Notes under the pieces: generated by a model | What the model was told of the DNA's origin: nothing | The model's input: the letters and a program-made list of their open reading frames with translations, nothing else | Databases searched by the model: none | Translations under genes and position numbers: made by a program | Part shown: one piece after another, positions 1 to 8,320 of the stretch | Layout of the letters: every line of letters begins with the position of its first letter | How positions within the stretch are numbered: the stretch's first letter is position 1 | Source: a virus | Lineage: Duplodnaviria; Caudoviricetes | Length of the DNA stretch: 44,237 bases | Strand: one strand, 5' to 3' | IMG/VR virus record: IMGVR_UViG_3300008255_000197 | Span: 1 to 44,237 of that record

Positions 1-1
1 C

Positions 2-622
2 GGCGGCGAAGCGGAGAAAGATCCGGGCTTCATGCCAGTCTACACGGATATCGAGGGCCTCCGTCGCTGGCCCGACATCCTCCAGCCCGGAGAGCCTGTC
101 GCCATCACGGAGAAGCTGCATGGCGCCAATGGCCGCTGGTGCTACAAGGACGGGCGGCTCTGGTGCGGATCGCACCGCCAGATTAAGAAACCGGCCAAGT
201 CTAGCTTCTGGTGGCGTGTGGCCGAGCAGTACAGACTGTTGGATAAGCTATCACAAGCACCCGGCGTCGTGTTCTATGGCGAGGTGTACGGATGGGTGCA
301 GGATCTCCGCTACGGCGCCAAGCCGGGAGAGCTGTACGTGGCGTTCTTCGACGCCTTCGTTGGGAAGATCGGGCGATATCTTGATTACGGCGATTTCTCT
401 GATCTCTGCCGCGCCATGCACCTGCCCGTGGTCCCTCTGCTGTACAGCGGACCGTGGGACGAGAGCCTACTGGCCTACGCCGAAGGGACGACCGTGACAG
501 CGGCGGATAACGTCCGGGAGGGTTTCGTTGTGCGCCCGAAGCAAGAGCGGTTTGATGATCGAATCGGGCGCGTCGTTCTCAAGCAGATTGGTGAAGGGTA
601 TTTGACTCGAAAGACGGGATAG
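2..622 (+). CDS. RNA ligase, Rnl2/DRB0094-like family (5'-truncated by window)
   Basis: Nucleotidyltransferase motifs EKLHGAN (I), FYGEVYG (III), FFDAF (IIIa), EGFVVRP (IV), VLKQI (V). The frame is open back to base 2, so the true start lies outside the window. Confidence 0.85.
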   Translation, partial: GGEAEKDPGFMPVYTDIEGLRRWPDILQPGEPVAITEKLHGANGRWCYKDGRLWCGSHRQIKKPAKSSFWWRVAEQYRLLDKLSQAPGVVFYGEVYGWVQDLRYGAKPGELYVAFFDAFVGKIGRYLDYGDFSDLCRAMHLPVVPLLYSGPWDESLLAYAEGTTVTAADNVREGFVVRPKQERFDDRIGRVVLKQIGEGYLTRKTG

Positions 623-812
623 CAACATGAAGACGCCATCAGACAGTATCCTTTGTTGTTACTGCGGCAAGATCGTTAAGACCCATGGCAGAACCACCAC
701 CCCTTTGCCTTGACGGAAGAGGTCGGGGAATCCAGTGAAGCCGTCTCTTGCGGATCAGGTTTCTGTCAATCAACTACTCAACATCGTCGCTGATCAATTG
801 GAAGACTAACTC

Positions 813-1106
813 ATGCGCCCTAAGCCTTCACGCTACAGCTTCACGCTTCAGATCAAGACGCCCGAGGGCACCCGTAGTCTAGCTGTGATTCGCGGGTACC
901 GAGCAACTTCTGAAGTGATTCGCGGCTTGCTCAAGTCCTACCCAAAATTCAAAGGCGAGCTGCAACTCTACGGGTGTCACGTACGGCGAGACGACCTGCC
1001 GGGAACCGTCTGGCTGAGCGAAGAAGTGTTTCCACTCTGCACGGTCGATATGCTGCGGGATATTTTCAAGCAAGCGGTATCGAACTGCTTGATTACTACG
1101 CAGTAA
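813..1106 (+). CDS. hypothetical phage protein (97 aa)
   Basis: Closely packed in the + strand run; its TAA stop lies inside the dispersed palindrome. Confidence 0.6.
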   Translation: MRPKPSRYSFTLQIKTPEGTRSLAVIRGYRATSEVIRGLLKSYPKFKGELQLYGCHVRRDDLPGTVWLSEEVFPLCTVDMLRDIFKQAVSNCLITTQ

Positions 1107-1108
1107 TT
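1091..1108. repeat. dispersed palindrome copy 1 (GATTACTACGCAGTAATT)
   Basis: TTAC-N6-GTAA; contains the stop of 813..1106 and precedes the AAGGA RBS of 1123. Confidence 0.85.
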
Positions 1109-1122
1109 CACAAGGACATACC

Positions 1123-1608
1123 ATGAAAAACTCACATCCGACATGGATGGAGCAGCCGGAAGTGATCGTCCGGCGCCTCCTGGAATTGTTGGACATGCCT
1201 TGTCAGGTCCGCGCCTCGGGAGAGTATTACTTTCTTCGTCCGTCTAGGGGATGTGTCTCCCTGGCTGCAATCACAAAACGATTGGAGCCAATCCTACGGT
1301 GCTCCAATCTGTACGCCGTTGCCATGTGCCTAGAAATACTGTCCAAAGACAGGAGGCGGGTCCAAGCACTCTGTTCTACTCTCATGAAGACCGCCGAAAA
1401 TCTGAGAGTAGACGCCGCAGCCGCCTTTGAGCAAGCCGCCGGAGATTTCCCGCCGCCGGAAACACGGGCAGAGGCTTGGTGCGAGTATTGTCACGGGAGC
1501 GGCAAGTGTCGGTGCCCCAGATGCCGCAAGGTCCACGCCTCCCCCGACAAGTTGCCGGTTGTCCTGCTAGGTCGCTGCGGGCACCACTGTCCGATTACCA
1601 CAAAGTAA
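1123..1608 (+). CDS. hypothetical protein with C-terminal Cys-rich (Zn-finger-like) region
   Basis: AAGGA RBS; CEYCHGSGKCRCPRC...CGHHC, resembling a DnaJ-type CxxCxGxG. Confidence 0.65.
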   Translation: MKNSHPTWMEQPEVIVRRLLELLDMPCQVRASGEYYFLRPSRGCVSLAAITKRLEPILRCSNLYAVAMCLEILSKDRRRVQALCSTLMKTAENLRVDAAAAFEQAAGDFPPPETRAEAWCEYCHGSGKCRCPRCRKVHASPDKLPVVLLGRCGHHCPITTK

Positions 1609-1610
1609 CA
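1593..1610. repeat. dispersed palindrome copy 2 (GATTACCACAAAGTAACA)
   Basis: Contains the stop of 1123..1608 and precedes the AGGAG RBS of 1625. Confidence 0.85.
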
Positions 1611-1624
1611 GAATAGGAGACCTC

Positions 1625-1918
1625 ATGCAACCATGCCCCCAATGTACCGGCGTTGGCCCGGAGAATTGTCACTGCCCTCGTCCCCGCGTTGACGAAGAGA
1701 CTGTCCCGGCAACATCCCCCGTCGTCTTGGAGAATCAACACCTAGACGTGGAGTTGTTTTACCCCCTACCTCGAACAGACGGCATAAGCCGATCCGAGGT
1801 AAAGGTTTCTCTGATACTCCCAAACACCACGGTTGCTCCTTTGGAAATTCGTTGGGACCACGAGTACGGAGCGTGGTACGTTGTGTGCGGGGGTGTCCCA
1901 TGGCGACCACTGATATAA
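1625..1918 (+). CDS. hypothetical protein (N-terminal CxxC...CxC)
   Basis: AGGAG RBS upstream of the ATG. Confidence 0.6.
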   Translation: MQPCPQCTGVGPENCHCPRPRVDEETVPATSPVVLENQHLDVELFYPLPRTDGISRSEVKVSLILPNTTVAPLEIRWDHEYGAWYVVCGGVPWRPLI

Positions 1919-2145
1919 CCTATGTCCTGAAGCTGCCAACAAGAAAACCCGTCTGTAAGTGGTTGACGGGTGCGGACGGGTTCAACCTTCGGCGCAATCT
2001 TCTCGTGTATCGAAACGGCTACTACGAGGGTTTCGGGACATGCTCCGGGGGGCACACCCACAAGGGTAAGATGGGCCTGTGGATCAATCGGTTTGGGCAG
2101 ACGTGGTGGATCTGCGAGCACGCCCGCCCCTTGGACCCGACGTAG
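1900..2145 (+). CDS. hypothetical phage protein (~81 aa)
   Basis: ATG at 1900 (MATTDITY...) with GGGGG upstream, overlapping the previous gene end; last gene before the convergent junction. Confidence 0.5.
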   Translation: MATTDITYVLKLPTRKPVCKWLTGADGFNLRRNLLVYRNGYYEGFGTCSGGHTHKGKMGLWINRFGQTWWICEHARPLDPT

Positions 2146-2357
2146 CCCCGGCTACATACCCAGGAAGGCCCCTGGCGCTCGTTCTGCGGGCCGATATCCC
2201 CCTAACGGATGCCGAGGCCCCCTAGAGCCACCGCCAGAAGGCCCACGGCCCACACCGGCCAGCCGAAGAAAAGGGAGATCAAAGCTGAGGGGTGGGCCAG
2301 CAGACCGGAGTGGCTGACGACGACTAAGGTTATGACAGCAATTTCGTGGCGCTTCCC

Positions 2358-2789
2358 TTAGAGCTGGCCGGCGACAATGGCGGGCCAGCTCCCCGTCAGC
2401 ACGCCGAAGAGTGTAAGCCCCCAGCTCTTGATCTTCTCTTTCTTGCGATACCACTTCACCTCGCGTCGTGTGGTCCGCAAGACTTTCTGCGTTTCGTCCG
2501 CCAGCGTCTGGTAAGAGGTACTGTGCTTCTGTTCGGCAACCAGCATCTGCTGCTTGTTCTCCAGCCGCTGCTCGTACTTGGCCGTCGCCTGCACGTTGAG
2601 TTGACGCAGCTCCTCATACTGGACCTTCAACTGCTCGTAACGGTCCAGCTTGTGATTGAGCTGAAGCGCGGCGGTCTTGGAGTACAAGTACCCCGCAAAG
2701 GGCGCGGGCTCTCCAGGCTTGACGAGAACGAGATCCTGCCCGCTCACCTCCCCTACCAAAACCATCGCGAGAATCAACAATCGAAGCAT
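2358..2789 (-). CDS. spanin-like membrane protein (signal peptide, coiled coil, C-terminal TM)
   Basis: Start re-called at ATG 2789 (MLRLLILAMVLVG) with GAAAGG RBS; KPGEPAPFAGYL motif, long coiled coil, hydrophobic C-terminus; last gene of the lysis region. No lipobox Cys. Confidence 0.5.
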   Translation of the reverse strand: MLRLLILAMVLVGEVSGQDLVLVKPGEPAPFAGYLYSKTAALQLNHKLDRYEQLKVQYEELRQLNVQATAKYEQRLENKQQMLVAEQKHSTSYQTLADETQKVLRTTRREVKWYRKKEKIKSWGLTLFGVLTGSWPAIVAGQL

Positions 2790-3178
2790 GAGTAAACCTT
2801 TCGTCGAAGTAATGGGACATCGTTTCGTTTGTACTGTGCCCGGCACCGGATGCAAATGGGGTCGAGCGGGCACTCCGACATATCGCAAGACAGAATCAGC
2901 CCGGGGCACGTCGCCTCCAAACAAGGCGGCATGCCCCGTTCAATCCATTCCAACTGCCGGATGGAGGGCATGCTGATATGCACCTCGCCCGTCAATGTTT
3001 GTTCCAGATAGCCGCTTGTCGTCTTGGCTATCTGACGCTCTGTACCGAACGGACGAGGGGCCGGAACCACCACTGTCCGGTTTTCCTCGTCAGCGGCGTA
3101 GAAACTAGGCAGGCGCTCACCGTTGAGCGTCACCTCCAAACTACGAAACATAGGGTTCTTGTGGTAGACAATTTTCAT
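2774..3178 (-). CDS. hypothetical protein with C-terminal Cys cluster
   Basis: ATGA overlap with the upstream gene; several Cys including CIRC. Confidence 0.55.
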   Translation of the reverse strand: MKIVYHKNPMFRSLEVTLNGERLPSFYAADEENRTVVVPAPRPFGTERQIAKTTSGYLEQTLTGEVHISMPSIRQLEWIERGMPPCLEATCPGLILSCDMSECPLDPICIRCRAQYKRNDVPLLRRKVYSCFDC

Positions 3179-3483
3179 AGGTAGGCGCGGAGTAACTGGA
3201 GCAGGTCCTCGTCAGAAACGGAAAGAGCCTGAGCGCGAAGAACTTCTTCATGAAGACGATCCGTTTCTAGGGCTTGGTGTAGGCCGATGGCCTTGTTGAG
3301 AAAGCGGCTTTCGTTCTCCAGGGCCACCTCTCGGGCAACTACCGCCTCCTGGTTCACTGCATGCACCGCCGCCGCCTTATCGGTCTCTGCGCGAAGGGCG
3401 GTTAACTTCGTATACTGCTCCTCGGAGCGGAACCCCAGGAACTCGAAAAACAGATCCACGACCAATTTCAACAGGTCCCACAT
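3175..3483 (-). CDS. putative i-spanin/Rz-like protein
   Basis: GAGG RBS; hydrophobic N-terminus then a helical Ala/Glu-rich region; downstream of endolysin and holin-like genes. Confidence 0.45.
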   Translation of the reverse strand: MWDLLKLVVDLFFEFLGFRSEEQYTKLTALRAETDKAAAVHAVNQEAVVAREVALENESRFLNKAIGLHQALETDRLHEEVLRAQALSVSDEDLLQLLRAYL

Positions 3484-3492
3484 GGCAGCACC

Positions 3493-4209
3493 TCAGCCGT
3501 TCAAGGGCTTGTCCGATGTGGGGACGGCGGCAACGACAGGCTCGAACGTCTGAAGTGTGGTCACGGCGGGCAAGAACGACGCCGCACCCCGATGGAGAGC
3601 GCCAACGGCGCGACGGATTCGGTCGCGAAGTTCGTCATCACTCAGATCCTTGACGATGGGAAGCCCCCGGAGACTGGCTACGGCGGACTCCAGCTTCTCA
3701 GCGTTGGACATGATGTGCTTGTTGAGGGTCTTATTCTCCTTGGCGACTTGCTCGATGCCGAGGGCGGCGCGGATCGACAGCTTGTGAATTACGTCATCCA
3801 CGCGGTCTGCGATTTCGATACCGCGCTCTTTCTCGAAAGCTTCCGTCCGCACACGAACCCAGGTTCGGAATTGCCAGCTCACCAGAGACAAAACGCTCAT
3901 CAGAAAGACCATCAGTGCCTCCCGGATCTGTGTCGAGAACCAGACCAGCCACGTTCGGTCGCCCTTGGGGGAGTCCGGTACCGAGGGGAGCGCATCCACG
4001 ACGCCACCCACAGCCTCCATCAGCGTTGCCGTGGAGACGGGCGTCTCGGGGAGAGAGGGGGCGGTGGAGACGGGCGCCGTGACGGTCAGAGCGCCGACTA
4101 CCGTAGGGACATCTAAGGGCCAAGGGGACGACTCTTCCTGCGCGAACGTCGGGGCCATGAGGAAGGCAAAGGCGAGAAAAAGTGTGGAGAGTGTTTTGAA
4201 TCGAACCAT
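3493..4209 (-). CDS. holin-like membrane protein (LL-H-like C-terminus) with N-terminal signal peptide
   Basis: Start re-called at ATG 4209 (MVRFKTL...) with GAAAGGAAA RBS; signal peptide ..APTFA/QEE, Pro/Thr linker, TM, then AALGIEQ..AEKLESAV..SDDELRDRIRRAV, resembling LL-H holins; adjacent to the endolysin. Confidence 0.55.
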   Translation of the reverse strand: MVRFKTLSTLFLAFAFLMAPTFAQEESSPWPLDVPTVVGALTVTAPVSTAPSLPETPVSTATLMEAVGGVVDALPSVPDSPKGDRTWLVWFSTQIREALMVFLMSVLSLVSWQFRTWVRVRTEAFEKERGIEIADRVDDVIHKLSIRAALGIEQVAKENKTLNKHIMSNAEKLESAVASLRGLPIVKDLSDDELRDRIRRAVGALHRGAASFLPAVTTLQTFEPVVAAVPTSDKPLNG

Positions 4210-4235
4210 GGTTGTGTTTCCTTTCTTTCCCGTCT

Positions 4236-4253
4236 GATTACTACGAAGTAAGG
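4236..4253. repeat. dispersed palindrome copy 3 (GATTACTACGAAGTAAGG)
   Basis: Intergenic, 26 nt upstream of the holin-like start at 4209. Confidence 0.85.
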
Positions 4254-4360
4254 GGTTAAACAGACGTGGGGCTCTTGTGGGTAGCATATTCGTTATGTCG
4301 GAAACATTCGGAGTTTCTGTTGGAAATATAGACAGCATTTGCGACGGTCGAAGTTGGGAT

Positions 4361-5152
4361 TTATAGGGTCAAGGTCGCCTCCATGTGCATACCGTCTTTG
4401 CGTCCCGAGTAGTGTCCGCCCCAGTAGAAGCCGTGCTTGTTGGCCAGCGGGACAAGAGGCCGAACGGTACCGAACGCATTGGCGAGGGCGGGTTGGTGTC
4501 CCAGCATGTTCCACTGGTAGTTGATGTCGAACGCCAGACCGAACGCATGGTTGGACAGGCTGTTGCCCCCCCGTATCAGACGAGGCACGAACGCGCCCTC
4601 GTAGGTCTTGACGAGGTGCAGGAGTCCCGCCGCCTTCCAGGCGCTCCAGAGGTCACACAGAGGCCCTACGATGGACTTGTGGACCCGCATCCGGGTGTAC
4701 TTTCCTTCGGTGGCCTCGGCCAACTCAGGAACCTGAACGGTAACGATGTTTTGCTCCTCCCACTTCCCAAGGATCTTGATGTTCCCGGCGGCATCCAGAC
4801 GTTCATACCGATACAGCTTCCCGCCCAGCATCTGCCGCACGCGGGTCAGGGAAGGGAACAGAAGATCCGGAGGCGCTGGAGGCCAGGAGGCGCTAATCTG
4901 TTCCTCCCGGTCGTCTTCCAGCGTGTCTAATCCGGCCAGCATCATTTGGGCCAAAGTTTTGGGACCGACGAGACCGTCCGAGTCAAGGTCCATCGACTGT
5001 TGGAAGTCTTGAACGGCTATTTTCGTCTTCGGCCCGAACTTGCCGTCCGCCTTTCCAACTCCTCGAAAGTCGGCGCCCAGCAGAAAGAATTGGACGGCCC
5101 TCACGTCGGCCCCCCGATGTCCCTCTCGAAGAACTCGTGTGATTTTCGTCAT
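4361..5152 (-). CDS. endolysin: peptidoglycan-binding domain + M15-family (L-Ala-D-Glu/D,D) peptidase
   Basis: N-terminal LREGHRGADVRAVQ..ADGKFGPKT..AVQDFQ..DGLVGPKT (PG_binding_1); C-terminal SNHAFGLAFDIN, WGG, DGMHME (M15 Zn ligands); GAAAGGA RBS. Confidence 0.9.
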   Translation of the reverse strand: MTKITRVLREGHRGADVRAVQFFLLGADFRGVGKADGKFGPKTKIAVQDFQQSMDLDSDGLVGPKTLAQMMLAGLDTLEDDREEQISASWPPAPPDLLFPSLTRVRQMLGGKLYRYERLDAAGNIKILGKWEEQNIVTVQVPELAEATEGKYTRMRVHKSIVGPLCDLWSAWKAAGLLHLVKTYEGAFVPRLIRGGNSLSNHAFGLAFDINYQWNMLGHQPALANAFGTVRPLVPLANKHGFYWGGHYSGRKDGMHMEATLTL

Positions 5153-5211
5153 GCCATTCCTTTCGTCTCGATCCTATCGGATCGACCGATCCGTGTGTGC
5201 ATGCCCGCCGC

Positions 5212-5646
5212 TTACCGATTTAGGTCGATGGTGTCGAACTCCGTAGTGGTGTCGTCCGTGTTGGTGAAAGAGAACCGCTTCCACTGAGATTCCATCACCT
5301 TCATCTGAACGCCCCCTACCGTTGCCGTGCTGGTGAAGCCGGTGGAGAATGCCTCGGGGGGGACGTTGGTCCAGCTCGTGAAGGGTCCACTCCTGTAAGA
5401 AGAGTTCTCGATGGTACAGATGAACGAGGGCGACGTGCCGAAGGTGGACATCTCCCAGGAGAGGGTGAGAATCGTATCGTTGGTTGTCAGCGCCACGACC
5501 GAGGTGGTTTGCGAAGGCGCCAACGAAACGGTCTCCGGGAACATAGGTTCGACGGACTGATGGCCGAGAATCGGATCAGCACCCGCCGAATTGATACCGA
5601 AAATCAGAACCACCACAAGCATCCAGCAAAGAAAGTATCGCATCAA
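5212..5646 (-). CDS. secreted beta-rich hypothetical protein
   Basis: Signal peptide MMRYFLCWMLVVVLIFGINSAGA/DP; Thr/Ser-rich mature part; GAGG RBS. Confidence 0.6.
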   Translation of the reverse strand: MMRYFLCWMLVVVLIFGINSAGADPILGHQSVEPMFPETVSLAPSQTTSVVALTTNDTILTLSWEMSTFGTSPSFICTIENSSYRSGPFTSWTNVPPEAFSTGFTSTATVGGVQMKVMESQWKRFSFTNTDDTTTEFDTIDLNR

Positions 5647-5655
5647 AGCCTCATT

Positions 5656-5937
5656 TCATGTCCAGGAGTCCAACAGGTTGTCGTCGGAGTCTCGAAGTTC
5701 TAGCGTATAAGGTCCGGCTCCAGTTACCACGAAGTAATACATCTCACCATGATCCGGCCCGGGGAATTCTGTGGCATCCTGGCCCGGGGTCAACGCAGGA
5801 GTGCCGACAAAGAACTGGAGCCTGCCCGAAGGACCAGCAGGAAGTGTGATGTCGTAGAGAAGAACTGCCGCCTCCATGACTATGGGCGAATCCTTGTCGA
5901 GGCGGACCAGATCATCAGGAGAAATGGTTGTACTCAT
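5656..5937 (-). CDS. hypothetical protein (93 aa)
   Basis: ATGA overlap with the upstream gene; operon context. Confidence 0.6.
   Translation of the reverse strand: MSTTISPDDLVRLDKDSPIVMEAAVLLYDITLPAGPSGRLQFFVGTPALTPGQDATEFPGPDHGEMYYFVVTGAGPYTLELRDSDDNLLDSWT
5722..5739. repeat. dispersed palindrome copy 4 (AGTTACCACGAAGTAATA)
   Basis: Intragenic copy with the commonest spacer, CACGAA. Confidence 0.75.
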
Positions 5938-6515
5938 GGTGTCTGCCAGGACGCTAGCTCGGTCACGCTATCCTTGATCACCTTGAGCGCCCCGCCAACG
6001 ACTTGAAGGCGAAAGATTTCCACGCCGCCGTCATCCAGCCAGCGAATCGGTTTTCCGGCTTGCATGCTCATCTGTTGGGCGAGGATCAGGCGACCGGAGA
6101 CCGTCCCGCCCGTAAGCCTCGACAAGAAGGCTGTCGCCAGGCCATCTTCCACAGGACCGTTGGGGTCAATCTCCCGGAGATTTTGCATCCCGGGTGTCGG
6201 ACTGTCCGCAACCACCCAACGCCCCAGGCGAATGGTTCCAGAAGGATCACGAATGCTCACATTGTAATAGGCATTTGTCGGACTGACACGCGCCTGCTCC
6301 GATCCTGTGGGGACAGCGTAGAAGTCCACCGCTGCCGGGTTGGCAATGGAAAACGTAACGGGGAAAGTCTCTACTGCATGCCACAATGCGGGGTTGGTGT
6401 CGTCCAGGATGATCAGGCGTTGGTTAAGCCGAAGGGTGACCGTCAGCGGCCCCGTCAAGGCGGCGCCGCTTGGGCCGTACATCGCCCCGGTGATTCGGGT
6501 CTTTGGAATGGCCAC
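5934..6515 (-). CDS. hypothetical protein resembling tail-fibre N-terminal/adaptor beta-sandwich
   Basis: AAGGAGG RBS; TRITGAMYGPSGAALTGPLTVTL start and fibre-like LTGGTVSGRL segment. Confidence 0.5.
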   Translation of the reverse strand: MAIPKTRITGAMYGPSGAALTGPLTVTLRLNQRLIILDDTNPALWHAVETFPVTFSIANPAAVDFYAVPTGSEQARVSPTNAYYNVSIRDPSGTIRLGRWVVADSPTPGMQNLREIDPNGPVEDGLATAFLSRLTGGTVSGRLILAQQMSMQAGKPIRWLDDGGVEIFRLQVVGGALKVIKDSVTELASWQTP

Positions 6516-6527
6516 GAGATACCTCCT

Positions 6528-6983
6528 TTACGGGATCTTCCCGCAGGCTTTCAGCACACCGTAGAGAACGCCACCCACGGCACTGCACGCGGTTGCGATC
6601 AAGAGTAAGACTCCCTTCCAGGACTCCAGCCACACCCAGGCCGAGGCGCGGTCCCGGACCCCCTGCTCCCGTAGCTCCTCGCGCACACGAGCGGCGGCTT
6701 GTCTGTGGAGCCAGGTGGGGTACATCTCCTCGTTCACCCGACAAAGCGTGACGCGAAGGGCGTCTGCGGGTGGCATGCCGTCGAGGCGGTCATGAAGTCG
6801 ATCCAGAGATGCTCTCAGTTCGGACAATGCTGATCCGTGAGACTGGATGGCGCGGGACGATTCCTCCGCCCGCTTCACGTAGATTTCACTGTTGACCACG
6901 ACGCGCTCTAACTGCTTCGCTTGGCGCGAAAGGTCTTGTGTGAGCGGGAGGAAGTATTTTGTCAGGAAGTCGTCGGAGACCAT
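6528..6983 (-). CDS. coiled-coil protein with C-terminal TM helix (holin/antiholin-like)
   Basis: Heptad-rich N-terminal half; C-terminal WKGVLLLIATACSAVGGVLYGVLK; lysis-region position. Confidence 0.5.
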   Translation of the reverse strand: MVSDDFLTKYFLPLTQDLSRQAKQLERVVVNSEIYVKRAEESSRAIQSHGSALSELRASLDRLHDRLDGMPPADALRVTLCRVNEEMYPTWLHRQAAARVREELREQGVRDRASAWVWLESWKGVLLLIATACSAVGGVLYGVLKACGKIP

Positions 6984-6989
6984 GGGTGC

Positions 6990-7460
6990 TTACTTGCCAT
7001 TCAGTGTCAGGTGACTTTTCTCAGCTCTCCTACAAGTTCTTTTCAATTGCTGCATGAGGGGGGCCATGCAGACGGCCAATACCAATTCACTCAGCCAGCC
7101 ATTGCTATCTTTCCGAACCGTGTCATCGAAGAGTCGGTGATTCTCTGTTGAGACCACACTCTCCTCGGGGTAAATACCCACGAAGGAGACTCCGTGTTTC
7201 ATTTCTCGTAACTTACTGACCACTCCTGCCATGTCCGAGTGGTCAAGCGGAAGATCCACGACCATGGTGTCGTAAGTGTGACCTTCAAGAAACTCTTCCT
7301 CGGCCTCTGTCGCGGTCGATACCATGGTTATCCGGGCCAGATGCTGAACGCCCTGTTCCTTGTCTGACAAAAGCTGTTTCAATCTGTCCAGGAGATCCAT
7401 GTCTTCGTCCAAGATAAGAACTGCCGTCCCCCCACCACCTCCTAGTCGCCTGATGCACAT
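6990..7460 (-). CDS. stand-alone receiver-domain protein (divergent CheY-like)
   Basis: VLILDED acidic pocket, YDTMVVD phospho-acceptor strand, VSFVGI, FDDTVRK; no output domain. Confidence 0.6.
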   Translation of the reverse strand: MCIRRLGGGGGTAVLILDEDMDLLDRLKQLLSDKEQGVQHLARITMVSTATEAEEEFLEGHTYDTMVVDLPLDHSDMAGVVSKLREMKHGVSFVGIYPEESVVSTENHRLFDDTVRKDSNGWLSELVLAVCMAPLMQQLKRTCRRAEKSHLTLNGK

Positions 7461-7463
7461 TTT

Positions 7464-7847
7464 TCAGCCCTTCCTTTCCCCGCGCAGCCCATCCATCCAG
7501 ATCGCTGCGCTGCCAACAGTCGGCTTCATGAACCACCGACAACCCGTCGCCTCCACGAACTTTTTTGCGTCTGCATTATCATTCCAGTCGTAAGCAGAAA
7601 GCATCACGAATCGATCTATGAGCTTTGGGTAGTGCTTCTCGACATATAGGTAAAATGCAATGCCATCCATCCCGTCAGAGAGCTTCCAGTCCACCAACAA
7701 CAGGTCTGGGTCTAACCCCCCGGCCAGATGAACAATCGCCGACGCCGCACTCCCGCAGCAAACCGCCGTGATATGGCGAAGGGAAAACACCCTCTTAATC
7801 ACGGTGAGGACGAGAGGCGCATCGTCTATGGCCAGGACAGTTGGCAT
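7464..7847 (-). CDS. stand-alone CheY-like response regulator receiver
   Basis: VLAIDD, PDLLLVDWKLSDGMDG, FVMLSA, FMKP: all canonical REC residues present; 127 aa. Confidence 0.9.
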   Translation of the reverse strand: MPTVLAIDDAPLVLTVIKRVFSLRHITAVCCGSAASAIVHLAGGLDPDLLLVDWKLSDGMDGIAFYLYVEKHYPKLIDRFVMLSAYDWNDNADAKKFVEATGCRWFMKPTVGSAAIWMDGLRGERKG

Positions 7848-7850
7848 GCC

Positions 7851-8312
<462 letters not shown>

Positions 8313-8320
8313 GGCTTCTC

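Noticed and set aside
627-809. 60-codon frame filling the gap after the RNA ligase, interrupted by one TGA at 711 (possible readthrough or recoding)
   Set aside because: TGA is used as a normal stop throughout the window (TerL, portal, several ATGA overlaps); a short ORF, point mutation or chance is more likely.
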